From the NCBI GenBank assembly GCA_963795855.1, contig CAWCIZ010000003.1, forward strand, positions 96,001 to 160,000: 64,000 nucleotides of DNA, in the 5' to 3' direction. The stretch comes from Vulcanimicrobiota bacterium. Its GTDB lineage: Bacteria; Vulcanimicrobiota; Vulcanimicrobiia; Vulcanimicrobiales; Vulcanimicrobiaceae. The translations under genes were made by a program, and so were the position numbers. Shown in pieces: positions 42,152 to 52,459 of this stretch; within the stretch, counting starts at the first letter, position 1; every line of letters starts with the position of its first letter. Under the pieces are notes generated by a model. That model was not told where the DNA came from, made no database searches, and saw only the letters and a list, made by a program, of their open reading frames with translations.

Positions 42152-43686
42152 CGGACGCTCCAAGTCTCGGGCGCGACGGGGAAGCGCAGCATATTGCGCG
42201 CAAAACCGCGGACGCGTCCGGAGACGCCGTCGAAATACGTTTCGTAATAGAGCGGGATCACGGGAACGTCATCATGCACCATTTGCTGCATCGCGAGAAA
42301 ATCTCGCTTGCGCCGCGTAGTCTTCGCGGTGCGTTCCTGATCGCGAAATAGCGCTTCGAACCGCGGATTGCAATACCGCGAAATATTATCGCCGTCCGGG
42401 TTTGCTTGCGAGCAGAGAAAGACGACCGACTGTTCCGGATCGGCGCCGCCTAACCACCCGTCAATAGAAATGCTGAAGCGCGCGTTGCGAATCGGCCCTT
42501 CCGGCGCGTTGAAAAGGGCGGTTGGAAAGCGCTTTATCGTCGCGTGCATACCGGCGTCCGACAGTTCCTGTTGCACCACCGTGGCGATGCGGTTGTAGAG
42601 CGGTTCTTCGCTTGCGGTGACGATGAGCACGTCGACGCTCCTTCCGCCAAGCAAAGCGCGGGCAGCCCGAACGTCATGCGGATACGACTGTATGCCGGCG
42701 TCATGCCAAGGCAAAACCGGCGGCAAGAACGCCGCAGCTTGCGGATAGGCGTGCTGGTAGGCGCGGGCGATGGTTTGCATGTCGAGGGCGTATGCAACGG
42801 CGCGGCGTACGCGCAAATCGTTCGCCGGCGCGCGGCTGGTCTGCAAACTCAGCCAAAAGGTGGCATTCTCCGGCGTTCGAACGAGCGTTATCGTTCGGAC
42901 CTCGCGTGCTCTCGCGAGCATATCCGGGTAAATCGGCGCGACATCGACGTCTCCCGCGCGCAACGCATTGAACGCGGCGTCCGAATTGGGGATGATGCGC
43001 AGCACGATGCGCTTGAGATGCGGTGCAGGGCGAAAGTACGGATTCGCGTCGAGGACGATGCGATCGCCGCGATACCACCGGGCGACGCGAAATGGCCCCG
43101 TCCCGAACGGCCGCTGTTCCCACGCCGCGCGCTGCAACTGCGTGTCCGCAAACGCGTGCGCCGGCAAGATGCCGAACGCAAAATCGGACTGCGCAAAAAG
43201 GCGGGAAACCGCCGCATTCCACGGCTGCTTGAGTCTGACGACGACCGTATGCGCGTCCGGCGTGCTCAATGAATCGATTCGCTGATACGCGTCGACGGAG
43301 AGCACGTTGTTGCGCGGATCGACTATGGCGCGGTACGTGAACGCCACGTCGGCCGAGGTGAGCGGCCGGCCGTCCGCAAAGCGCACGTTGCGCCGCAGAT
43401 GATACGTGATTCGCGTGCCGTCCTGCGAAATATCGCCGTTGCGTCGCGACGGGATCCTGGTCACGAGCACGGGCGTCAAGCGGTTCGAGGCGTCCACGCC
43501 GATAAGCGTCTGACAGATGAGCAGGTCGTAGCCGATTGTCATCTGATCGTGCGCCAGGAGCGGGTCCAAGGACGGCGGATCGACCACGTCGGCAATGCGC
43601 AAAATGCCGCCGCCTGCGGGCAGCGTCGCCCTGGCGCAAGCGCACAGCAGCACGGCAGAGACGAAAAAAGCCCAGAACCGCCGCAT
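42148..43686 (-). CDS. Peptide ABC transporter substrate-binding lipoprotein (family 5)
   Basis: Lipobox LCAC, DPPSLDPL, YHLRRNVRFADG, PFGTGPF, NISRYC. Confidence 0.9.
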   Translation of the reverse strand: MRRFWAFFVSAVLLCACARATLPAGGGILRIADVVDPPSLDPLLAHDQMTIGYDLLICQTLIGVDASNRLTPVLVTRIPSRRNGDISQDGTRITYHLRRNVRFADGRPLTSADVAFTYRAIVDPRNNVLSVDAYQRIDSLSTPDAHTVVVRLKQPWNAAVSRLFAQSDFAFGILPAHAFADTQLQRAAWEQRPFGTGPFRVARWYRGDRIVLDANPYFRPAPHLKRIVLRIIPNSDAAFNALRAGDVDVAPIYPDMLARAREVRTITLVRTPENATFWLSLQTSRAPANDLRVRRAVAYALDMQTIARAYQHAYPQAAAFLPPVLPWHDAGIQSYPHDVRAARALLGGRSVDVLIVTASEEPLYNRIATVVQQELSDAGMHATIKRFPTALFNAPEGPIRNARFSISIDGWLGGADPEQSVVFLCSQANPDGDNISRYCNPRFEALFRDQERTAKTTRRKRDFLAMQQMVHDDVPVIPLYYETYFDGVSGRVRGFARNMLRFPVAPETWSVR

Positions 43687-43726
43687 GCACGACGGTTCTG
43701 CGCTTTACGCCGGCGCCCCCTTGGCG

Positions 43727-45247
43727 CTATTTACCGGAGAGCGTCTTGTCGTACCAGCGATCCAAGTCGGCTTTATACGCCGCTCGAGCGCTCGGGCTCA
43801 GATAGATCATGTGTCCCGATTGGTACGAGTGGAAGACGATGTTTCGCTGAAGCGCGGGCGCGACGTCGAGGTGTTCGAACGTATACTTCGTCGCGAAGTA
43901 CGGCGTCGCGAAATCGTAGTATCCGTTTGCCGAGAACACTTGCAAATGCGGATTCTGAGACATCGCTTGCGCGATATCGGGCACCACGTTCGCCGGCGGA
44001 TCCTGCCCGTTGTGGTGCATGTCCCACCGCGCGCCGAGCAACGGTCCGTAAGACGTCGGCCGGTAGAAGAGATTCGTGTTGTAGTGGAGCTGTTCGCGGA
44101 TGTACTGATTCCACGTGGAAACTACCGCGCTGTTCATGCCGACGTCCGATGGATCGTAATTCGGAAAGTCGCCCAGACGGTCTACACCGTAGAGCGCGTA
44201 GCGCGCATCGTACCGCCCCAGCACGATGTCCTTGTCGCGCATGAGTTCCTTTTCGAACGTGTAGTAAGGAACGCGCATGTGCGAGTTGCGCAGGTATTGC
44301 GTGGAAAGGCCGAGATAGTTGTGCAACTTGTTGATGACGTCCGCACGCGTCGATGCGTCGAGCGTATCGCCCGCCGTCAATGCGTGCAAATATTCCGTAC
44401 CCGCGAAGTTCTCCACGACTTGCAGGAATGAAGCCAAACTTCCGCGCTGCCCGGGGATGCGGTGATGATACCATGCCGTCGCCGCTTCGCTCGGCAGATA
44501 CAGCACGTACGCCCAGTCGCCGCCGCCGATCGGATCGAAACCGCCCAACCCGGTCAAACCAAAGTTCAGGACCGACGATTGAAAGACGACGCCGTTGATT
44601 TGCACGTTCGCGTCTTGAAGCATGTTGACGAGCACCGCATCGCGCGTCGTGCCGTAGCTTTCACCGAAGAGAAACTTCGGAGAGTTCCAGCGATTGAATT
44701 GCGTGAGGTACCGCTGAATGAATTGCGTAAAAGCGCGGCCGTCCTGATCGACGCCCATGAAGTCCTTCGGTTTGCCATAACCGAGCACGCGGCTGTACCC
44801 CGTGTTCGGCGCATCGACGAAAACTTCGTCGGTTTTATCGAGCAAGCTATCGTGGTTGTCGACCAGCGCGTACGGCGCGGGCGGAGTTGCGGCGCCGTTC
44901 GTCACGTTGACGCGCACCGGCCCGTACGAGGCCATGCGCAGCCAAATCGTCGAACTTCCCGGACCGCCGTTATAGAAGAACGTTATCGGCCGTCTGCCGA
45001 GATCCGCGCCGTCTTTCGTGTAGGCGACGTAGAACATGCGCGCGGTGATCTTATCGTCCTCGTTGCGCAGCGTTATCGTCCCGGCACGCGCGCTGTACGG
45101 AATCGTTTGGCCGTCGACGTGGTTGACGTGATGCGTCACCGCATCCGGCGTTGCAGGCGGAATGTATGGGTGCGGCGTCGGTTTGGGCGCCGGTGCGGCG
45201 GCAAGCAGCGCCACCGCGAGGATACTAGCGACGCAGCGCATTGTCAT
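43727..45247 (-). CDS. Secreted S10 serine carboxypeptidase
   Basis: FFYNGGPGSS, GESYG, GYYDFATP, SGHMIY. Confidence 0.92.
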   Translation of the reverse strand: MTMRCVASILAVALLAAAPAPKPTPHPYIPPATPDAVTHHVNHVDGQTIPYSARAGTITLRNEDDKITARMFYVAYTKDGADLGRRPITFFYNGGPGSSTIWLRMASYGPVRVNVTNGAATPPAPYALVDNHDSLLDKTDEVFVDAPNTGYSRVLGYGKPKDFMGVDQDGRAFTQFIQRYLTQFNRWNSPKFLFGESYGTTRDAVLVNMLQDANVQINGVVFQSSVLNFGLTGLGGFDPIGGGDWAYVLYLPSEAATAWYHHRIPGQRGSLASFLQVVENFAGTEYLHALTAGDTLDASTRADVINKLHNYLGLSTQYLRNSHMRVPYYTFEKELMRDKDIVLGRYDARYALYGVDRLGDFPNYDPSDVGMNSAVVSTWNQYIREQLHYNTNLFYRPTSYGPLLGARWDMHHNGQDPPANVVPDIAQAMSQNPHLQVFSANGYYDFATPYFATKYTFEHLDVAPALQRNIVFHSYQSGHMIYLSPSARAAYKADLDRWYDKTLSGK

Positions 45248-46775
45248 ACCACCTTCCCAGATCCGCCTTGTACGCGGCAAGCGCGGTATCGTCCAGATAG
45301 ATCATGTGCCCGGATTGATAGAAGCCGTACGTGATGTTGTTCTGCAGCGAGGGCGCGATTTCCAGATGCTGCAGCGTGTAGACCGTAGCGAAAAACGGCG
45401 TCGCGAAATCGTAGTAACCGTTCGCTGAGAACACCTTCAGATCCGGGTTCTGCGTCATCGCGTCCGCAAGGTCCGGCGCGACGTTCGTCGGCTGACGCCG
45501 GTTGTGGGTGAAGTCCCACGAACTGCCGTTGGAATAGATGATGCCGTAGATGTTGGCGCGATACGGAATCGGCGGATTGTATTGGAGATCTTCGCGCACG
45601 TACTGATTCACGGCCGTCGTATAGGGTGCATCGATTGAAGAATCGGTCGGATCCCACGGCGGACCTTCGTTGGACGCTTCGTGCAGCCCGTACGTCGTGT
45701 AGCGCGAATCGAGACGTCCGAAGACGACGCCTTGCCCGCGCAGCAGTTCGCGCTGATACCGATCGTACGGCACGCGCAGATTTGACTCTAAAACGTACGA
45801 CTCCGGAATTCCGAGGTAGTAGCTGAGCCTGCGAGCCACGGCGTCGCGCTGCGCCGATCCGATCGCATTTCCTTTGTACAGCGCATCCAGATATGCTCCG
45901 GTTGCGAAATGTTCCACGTCGCTCAGGAACGTTGAGAGATCCGCGGGCTTGTTCGAAACTTTGTTATGATACCACGCGGTCGCCGCTTCGGTGGGGAGGT
46001 AGAGCACGTAAGGCCAATCACCCGTCGCGTTCGGTTCGCCGTTGCCGTAGTCTAAGCCGAAATTCAAAATGCTCGACTGGAGCACGACGCCGTTGAGCGA
46101 GATACCGTGCTGTAAGAGATAATCGGCGAGCGCCGCGGAGCGCGTCGTACCGTAACTTTCGCCGAAGATGAATTTCGGCGAATTCCAGCGGTTGAATTTG
46201 GTGATGTAGTTTTCGATGAACTGCCCGAACGCCGCGACGTCTTGATCGACGCCGAAGAAGTCGCTTGGCTTGCCGGCGCCGACGAAACGTCCGAAACCGC
46301 TGTCCGGCATGTCGATGAACACCAGGTCGCTCTTGTCGAGTAAACTGTATGGATTATCTGAGATTCGGTACGGCGGCGGTCCCGACGGGCGTCCATTACC
46401 CGCGAGCACGCGCACCGGGCCGACCGAGCCCATACGCAGCCACATCGTCGAACTGCCCGGCCCGCCGTTGTATAAAAACGTTACCGGGCGCGTTGGCGAG
46501 TCGACGTTGTCGAGCGTGTACGCGGTGTAGAATACACGCGCCGTCGGCTGGCCTTGCTCGTTGGACAGCGTTATCGTTCCGGCGCGCGCGGAATACGCGT
46601 ACGACGTACCGCCGATCGTGTCGGTGTGATGCGTGACTGCATCGGGCATTTCGCCGGCGGCAGAGGCCGGCTGCGGCGATGGCGATGTGGAAGGTAACGG
46701 TGCCGGCGCTGGAGCCGCGCCCAGCAGCAACACTCCGGCAATCATCGCTGCCAGGACGTTTCTCGCAAAGTGCAT
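45225..46775 (-). CDS. Secreted S10 serine carboxypeptidase (tandem paralog)
   Basis: FLYNGGPGSS, GESYG, GYYDFATP, SGHMIY. Confidence 0.92.
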   Translation of the reverse strand: MHFARNVLAAMIAGVLLLGAAPAPAPLPSTSPSPQPASAAGEMPDAVTHHTDTIGGTSYAYSARAGTITLSNEQGQPTARVFYTAYTLDNVDSPTRPVTFLYNGGPGSSTMWLRMGSVGPVRVLAGNGRPSGPPPYRISDNPYSLLDKSDLVFIDMPDSGFGRFVGAGKPSDFFGVDQDVAAFGQFIENYITKFNRWNSPKFIFGESYGTTRSAALADYLLQHGISLNGVVLQSSILNFGLDYGNGEPNATGDWPYVLYLPTEAATAWYHNKVSNKPADLSTFLSDVEHFATGAYLDALYKGNAIGSAQRDAVARRLSYYLGIPESYVLESNLRVPYDRYQRELLRGQGVVFGRLDSRYTTYGLHEASNEGPPWDPTDSSIDAPYTTAVNQYVREDLQYNPPIPYRANIYGIIYSNGSSWDFTHNRRQPTNVAPDLADAMTQNPDLKVFSANGYYDFATPFFATVYTLQHLEIAPSLQNNITYGFYQSGHMIYLDDTALAAYKADLGRWYDNALRR

Positions 46776-46786
46776 GCGAGTCTATA

Positions 46787-47071
46787 CTACAGGGCTTTGC
46801 CGCTCTCCGTGGTGCCTGAGATTAGGCACGCATCCATGCCGAGCGGCGCGTCGTCCGGTGTGGTCATCGATTCTTCGGCGCTTATCTCGCTCGGGACGTT
46901 GAGTTCGTTCGTATGCCGGGACGAACACGCGACGCGCACGACGGCCTCGGCAGGCGGGTCCTCTCGCGTAAACGTGACCGGATCGCCTTGCGCGTCGACG
47001 ATGAACGAACGCGCGCCGGCCCGGGCGAGCAACTCGGAACATTCGGCGCATCGTAATTCCTTCAGATGCAC
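46787..47071 (-). CDS. Small zinc-ribbon protein (Com-like)
   Basis: GTG start 15 bp after the PadR stop; KELRCAECSELLARAG...VRVACSSRHTN. Confidence 0.55.
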   Translation of the reverse strand: MHLKELRCAECSELLARAGARSFIVDAQGDPVTFTREDPPAEAVVRVACSSRHTNELNVPSEISAEESMTTPDDAPLGMDACLISGTTESGKAL

Positions 47072-47085
47072 CAAACTCAAAAATA

Positions 47086-47478
47086 TCAAGGATATAATTC
47101 CCGTTTGAGATCGTCGACGGCTTCGGAGATCGCATCCAAATAGGGAAGCATGCCGCCCTTGATGCGCAGCAAGCGCGCCTCGCCTTCGGCTGTTATGTGG
47201 TAAATGCGGCGCGAGCGTTTGGTTGGATGGTCCCATGTGGCGGAAAGAAATCCTCGCTCTTCCAGTCTGCGAAGGAGCGGATAGATCTTGTTCGTGTTCA
47301 CGGCAATGAGGCCGCCGCAAAGGTCATCGATTCGCTGCATCAATCCGTAGCCGTGATCCGGATGTTTTTTCAACAAATGCAAAATCAGGACCGGAAAGAC
47401 CGTCTTGCTCTTGATCGGCCCTTTGAGGACCTCGTCGACGCGATGCGCGTGCGAATCGTGCGGATCGTTCGCGGTCAC
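47086..47478 (-). CDS. PadR family transcriptional regulator
   Basis: LILHLL..HGYGLMQRI, IYPLLRRLEERG, RRIYHITAEG. Confidence 0.9.
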   Translation of the reverse strand: MTANDPHDSHAHRVDEVLKGPIKSKTVFPVLILHLLKKHPDHGYGLMQRIDDLCGGLIAVNTNKIYPLLRRLEERGFLSATWDHPTKRSRRIYHITAEGEARLLRIKGGMLPYLDAISEAVDDLKRELYP

Positions 47479-49277
47479 TAGACGGCTGCCGGCGCAGCGT
47501 GCTCCGAGTAAAGGCGCGCGATTTCGGCGGCGTACCGCGCCTCGACGACGCGGCGCTTCACCTTGAGCGTGGGCGACAGCTCGCCGTTTTCGACGGTGAG
47601 TTCGCGCGGCAGCACGACGATCTTTCGCACTTGTTCGAATTTCGCCAAGTCGTCCGTGTTGCGGCGAACCTCGCGAGTCAAGAATTCGACGACGTCGGGG
47701 CGGTGCTCGAGATCTTGCACCGGTACATTCGCCGCGATGTTCAGCTCCATGCGCAGCAGATCCCAATTGGGCGAGACGAGCGCCACGGGGTGCGGACGGG
47801 AATCGCCGACCAGCATTACCTGATTGATGTACACCGAGCGTTTTATCGCGCCTTCGACGCGAGCCGGCGCGATGAATTTTCCGCCGGAGGTTTTGAACAA
47901 TTCTTTCTTGCGATCGGTGATCCGCAAATAGCCCTCCGCATCGATCGCGCCGATGTCTCCGGTATGATACCAGCCCCCTTCCATCGCTTGCGCGGTCGCT
48001 TCCGGATTCTTGTAATACCCCATCATCACGTTCGGTCCGCGCGCGAGCACCTCGCCGTCTTCCGCTATTTTGATCTCGACGCCGGGAATCGGCTTGCCGA
48101 CCGTTCCGTAGTGGTTGTCTTCCGAGACGTTTACGGTAATGACCGGCGAACATTCCGTCGGGCCGTATCCTTCGACGATCGGAATGCCGGCGGCAAGCAG
48201 CGTCATCGCGGTGTCGAAGTGCAGCGCAGCGGAGCCGCTCACGAAAAAGCGCAGGCGATCCAGGCCGAGCATCGGCCGCAATTTCTTCAGTACGAGCGCG
48301 CGGGCGATGCGGTATTGCAGCGCAAGCAGCGCATTCACGCTCTTTTTTTGCGTCTTGGCCGTCATATACTCGCGACCGGTTTCGAGGGCCCACGGAATGA
48401 GTTTTGCGCGCAAACCGCCGTGCACTTTCGCTTTGGTCGCAATGCCGGCCAGCACGCGTTCGAAAATACGCGGCACGGCAGTCATGGAAACGGGCCGCAC
48501 TTCACGCAGATCCGCTAGCAGCTCGTCGACATGGTGCGAGATGTGATGGTGCACGCCGGCGAGCATGTATCCGTAGAGGATGCAGTGCTCGTAGATGTGC
48601 GAGAACGGCAGCACCGAAAGCACGTCGCTTTCCGGCGCGATCACATCGAACGCGTGGCTGAACGAGGACTGCGCCGTAAAGCCGAGGTTGTAATGCGAGA
48701 GCATGACGCCTTTGGGCTCGCCCGTGGTTCCCGACGTATAAATGAGCACGGCCAGGTCGTCCGGCGATATTTGCGCTTCAAAGGCTTGCGGCCACTCCGG
48801 ACGCTGCGCGCGCACCTCCGCACCCCGCGCTTCGAAAGACGAGAGCGATTCGCCGCCCGCACTTTCGAACACGACCAGACGCGGCAATTGCATCGCCAGA
48901 CGGCGCAGGCGTTCCGCCGCTGCTTCCGTATCGACGAAGATCAGTTTCGCTTCCGAATTCTGCAGGATGTACTGGACTTGATCGGCGGCCTGCGTCGGAA
49001 AGATCGGAACGACGACGCACCCGGCGAACAACGTCCCGAAGTCGCTCACGATCCAGTTCACGCAATCCGCGGCGATAAGCGCGACACGATCGCCGGCGGA
49101 CAGACCCGCATCCCGAATAGCGCACGCGAGGTTCGCGCACCGCGTCAGCAGCTCGCCGGCCGACGTCGGCGTCCATTTGCCGTCCACGCGTTCAACCAAA
49201 GCGCCAGCGCGCGGGCGCGCGAGTGAGCGGCGGATGAGCGCGGGAAGCGTTTCTTTCGCCGGCAGCCGATTTTCCAT
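47478..49277 (-). CDS. fadD: Long-chain fatty acid-CoA ligase
   Basis: IYTSGTTGEPKG, LPFSHIYE, EGYGPTE, WYHTGDIG, DRKKELFKTSGGK. Confidence 0.9.
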   Translation of the reverse strand: MENRLPAKETLPALIRRSLARPRAGALVERVDGKWTPTSAGELLTRCANLACAIRDAGLSAGDRVALIAADCVNWIVSDFGTLFAGCVVVPIFPTQAADQVQYILQNSEAKLIFVDTEAAAERLRRLAMQLPRLVVFESAGGESLSSFEARGAEVRAQRPEWPQAFEAQISPDDLAVLIYTSGTTGEPKGVMLSHYNLGFTAQSSFSHAFDVIAPESDVLSVLPFSHIYEHCILYGYMLAGVHHHISHHVDELLADLREVRPVSMTAVPRIFERVLAGIATKAKVHGGLRAKLIPWALETGREYMTAKTQKKSVNALLALQYRIARALVLKKLRPMLGLDRLRFFVSGSAALHFDTAMTLLAAGIPIVEGYGPTECSPVITVNVSEDNHYGTVGKPIPGVEIKIAEDGEVLARGPNVMMGYYKNPEATAQAMEGGWYHTGDIGAIDAEGYLRITDRKKELFKTSGGKFIAPARVEGAIKRSVYINQVMLVGDSRPHPVALVSPNWDLLRMELNIAANVPVQDLEHRPDVVEFLTREVRRNTDDLAKFEQVRKIVVLPRELTVENGELSPTLKVKRRVVEARYAAEIARLYSEHAAPAAV

Positions 49278-49320
49278 GTGCCGAATAGGGATTCGCCCGG
49301 CTTTTCTCCGGGTCCCTTTG

Positions 49321-49920
49321 CTACGGCGGCGTGGTTACGATCGCGTACGCCGCCATCGCGTCGATTCGCCGCTGCGTCATGCCCGCGACGTCCGCGAGTT
49401 CGTCGAGCGATCCGAAGGGCCCGTTCAAACGGCGAAATTCGACGATGCGCGACGCGAGCGTCGGCCCTATGCCTGGTATTGCGGACAACGCGTTTTCGTC
49501 CGCGGCATTCACGTCGACGCGCAGCGGCGGTGCGGCTTTCTTGCGCCTGCGTCGCGACTGTGATGTTTTCCGGGCTGCAGCTTCTCCCAGACGCAAGACG
49601 CGAATTTCCTCGCCGTCGCTGACCCGCTCCGCCAAATTCACCGCCGCCGGGTCGGCGTCGGCACGCAGGCCGCCGGCGCGCTCCACCGCATCGTTCACGC
49701 GCGAGCCGCTTGACACGCGATACAAACCGGGACGGCCAACGGCTCCGACAACGTACACGAGACTCGTTTCGCCCGCGCTTGCGAACGCATGTCCTTTTCG
49801 CGGATGGCTCGCCATCGCGACAGCCTGCGGAACGGCGACGATCGGCGCCGGGGGCGCCGGATGATGCAGCGCCAATAAGACGGCGACTGCGGCACCCGCC
49901 AGGACAAGCAAACGCTTCAT
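49321..49920 (-). CDS. comEA: Competence DNA receptor ComEA (SLBB + HhH)
   Basis: VYVVGAVGRPGLY, VNLAERVSDGE, VDVNAA...IPGIGPTLASRIV..R..NGPF. Confidence 0.92.
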   Translation of the reverse strand: MKRLLVLAGAAVAVLLALHHPAPPAPIVAVPQAVAMASHPRKGHAFASAGETSLVYVVGAVGRPGLYRVSSGSRVNDAVERAGGLRADADPAAVNLAERVSDGEEIRVLRLGEAAARKTSQSRRRRKKAAPPLRVDVNAADENALSAIPGIGPTLASRIVEFRRLNGPFGSLDELADVAGMTQRRIDAMAAYAIVTTPP

Positions 49921-49990
49921 GTCCGCCCATCACGCGCCGCGCTCGTGCGGAAAGGGGTGCGGCACTGCATTTCCCTATAAAGTGCACCTT

Positions 49991-52459
49991 ATGGCCGAGA
50001 CCTACGATTACCGAACCACGGAACGGAAATGGCAGCAGCGCTGGGATGAAGACGGCATTTTCCGCGCTTCTGAAGACGCCTCGCGCCCCAAGTATTATGC
50101 CATGGAGATGCTTCCGTATCCGTCGGGCGATCTGCACGTCGGCCATGCGAAAAATTACACCATCGGCGATGCCGTGGCGCGCATGATGCGCATGCTCGGC
50201 TATAACGTTCTGCATCCGATGGGCTGGGACGCGTTCGGTTTGCCGGCGGAAAACGCGGCCATTCAACGCGGCGCCGATCCGAACGTTTGGACGCGCGAAA
50301 ACATCGCGAACATGGAGCGGCAAGTTCGCTTGATGGGAACCGGGTACGACTGGAGCCGGGAAATCGCCACCTGCGATCCGGCGTACTATCGCTGGAACCA
50401 GTGGCTGTTCTTGCGGCTTTACGAACAAGGATTGGCGTACAAGCGCGAAGCGCCCGTGAACTGGTGCCCGAACGATCAAACGGTGCTTGCGAATGAGCAG
50501 GTCGTCGACGGCCGCTGCTGGCGTTGCTCCGCGGTGGTCGAGCGGCGCAACCTCTCGCAGTGGTTCTTGAAAATAACTGCATATGCCGACCGCCTTCTCG
50601 ACGATTTAGAAAAACTCGAAGGGTGGCCCGAGCGTACCCGAACGATGCAGCGCAACTGGATCGGCCGCAGCCAAGGCACGCAGTTTTCCTTCGCTATCGA
50701 TAATTCCGAGGAACGCATCGGCGTCTTCACCACGCGCGTCGACACGATCTTCGGCGTTACGTATCTGGCTGTGGCGCCGGAGCATCCCGTCGTGGAAAAA
50801 ATCGTCACGAAGAAATATCAAAGCGCGGTGCGCGATTTCGCCGAGAGTTTGAAATCCCGATCGGAACTCGAGCGGACGAGCCTCATGGAGAAACAGGGCA
50901 TTTTCACCGGCGCGTTCGCGGTGAATCCGCTCTCACACGAACGAATCCCCATCTGGGTCACGAATTACGTGCTCGCCGAGTACGGGACCGGAGCGGTTAT
51001 GGGCGTTCCCGCGCACGACGAGCGCGATTTCGATTTTGCGAGAAAGCACGGTTTGCCGATCGCGCAAGTCGTCATCGCTCCCGGCGGCGGCGTGCAGGCG
51101 CCTCTACAATCTGCATACCTCGAAGACGGACGTTTGATAGCGAGCGGCGATTTCAGCGGCATGTCGAGCGGGCGCGCTCGCAACGCGATTACCGACCGCC
51201 TTGCCGCACTGGGCTTAGGGGAAGCGCAAGTCAATTACCGCTTTCGCGACTGGCTCGTCTCCCGTCAACGTTATTGGGGAACGCCGATCCCGATCGTCTA
51301 TTGCGAGCAGTGCGGCGAAGTCGCCGTCCCCGACGATCAGTTGCCGGTACTCCTTCCGCAGAACGTGCCGATCACCGGCGAAGGATCGCCCCTGGCTCGC
51401 GATCCGTCGTTTACAAATACGACGTGTCCGAAATGCGGCGGCGCCGCAAAGCGCGAGAGCGATACCATGGACACGTTTTTCGAATCGTCGTGGTATTATT
51501 TGCGCTACCTCGATCCGCACAACGATCGCGAACCATGGTCGCCGGCCAAAGCGCGGTATTGGATGCCCGTCGACCAATACATCGGCGGCTCCGAACACGC
51601 CGTACTGCATTTGCTGTACTCGCGGTTTTTCTACAAGTTTTTTCACGACCAAGGGTGGGTTGCCGGGCCGGATGAGCCTTTTACGCGTCTCTTTCATCAG
51701 GGCATGGTTCTGTACAACGGCGAAAAGATGAGCAAGTCGCGCGGCAACGTCGTCGGCATCGATTACACGGCCGACGCGAACGGCGTCGACGCGATGCGCT
51801 TATTCTTGCTTTACGTGACGCCGCCGGAAGATACGAGTGATTGGACGGACGAAGGAATCAGCGGACGCGTGCGTTTCATCAACCGGGTTTGGCGTGCGTG
51901 CGAACCGTTTGCCGAACGAGCGCGTCGCAGCGATCTGCATGCGCTGCCGCCGGTGGCGAGCCCCGAGGAAAAGGCGCTGCTTCGCGCCGTCCATCTTGCG
52001 GCAAAGTCCGCGATCGACGAAACGCTTTCACGCCGCTTCCACTACAACGCCACAATCGCGCGCTTGGACGAGTACGTGAACGCGCTGACGGCACTGGAAC
52101 AGACGAATCCGGACTCTCCTGTGGTCGCGTATGCCGTGCACGCAATCCCGCTCGTCATCGCACCGTTTGCGCCGCACATCGCCGAAGAGTTGTGGAGCCG
52201 CTTGGGATACACCGCTTCGGTGCATGTGGAACGCTATTTCGAACCCGCGGATGCCGCGCTTGCGGTCGACGAAATTACCCTCGTCGTGCAAGTCAACGGC
52301 AAGATTCGCGCGCGCGTACAGACTGCGCCCGGCATAAGTGAGGACGAAGCCTATGCGCTGGCCCTGGAGCAGGGCGCCGTCCAAGCGCAACTCGACGGCA
52401 AAGAGATTCGCAAACGCATTTACGTTCCGGGCAAGCTCTTGAATTTAGTCGTCGCTTAG
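49991..52459 (+). CDS. leuS: Leucine-tRNA ligase
   Basis: MLPYPSGDLHVGH, GTGAVMGVPAHDERD, KMSKS. Confidence 0.97.
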   Translation: MAETYDYRTTERKWQQRWDEDGIFRASEDASRPKYYAMEMLPYPSGDLHVGHAKNYTIGDAVARMMRMLGYNVLHPMGWDAFGLPAENAAIQRGADPNVWTRENIANMERQVRLMGTGYDWSREIATCDPAYYRWNQWLFLRLYEQGLAYKREAPVNWCPNDQTVLANEQVVDGRCWRCSAVVERRNLSQWFLKITAYADRLLDDLEKLEGWPERTRTMQRNWIGRSQGTQFSFAIDNSEERIGVFTTRVDTIFGVTYLAVAPEHPVVEKIVTKKYQSAVRDFAESLKSRSELERTSLMEKQGIFTGAFAVNPLSHERIPIWVTNYVLAEYGTGAVMGVPAHDERDFDFARKHGLPIAQVVIAPGGGVQAPLQSAYLEDGRLIASGDFSGMSSGRARNAITDRLAALGLGEAQVNYRFRDWLVSRQRYWGTPIPIVYCEQCGEVAVPDDQLPVLLPQNVPITGEGSPLARDPSFTNTTCPKCGGAAKRESDTMDTFFESSWYYLRYLDPHNDREPWSPAKARYWMPVDQYIGGSEHAVLHLLYSRFFYKFFHDQGWVAGPDEPFTRLFHQGMVLYNGEKMSKSRGNVVGIDYTADANGVDAMRLFLLYVTPPEDTSDWTDEGISGRVRFINRVWRACEPFAERARRSDLHALPPVASPEEKALLRAVHLAAKSAIDETLSRRFHYNATIARLDEYVNALTALEQTNPDSPVVAYAVHAIPLVIAPFAPHIAEELWSRLGYTASVHVERYFEPADAALAVDEITLVVQVNGKIRARVQTAPGISEDEAYALALEQGAVQAQLDGKEIRKRIYVPGKLLNLVVA

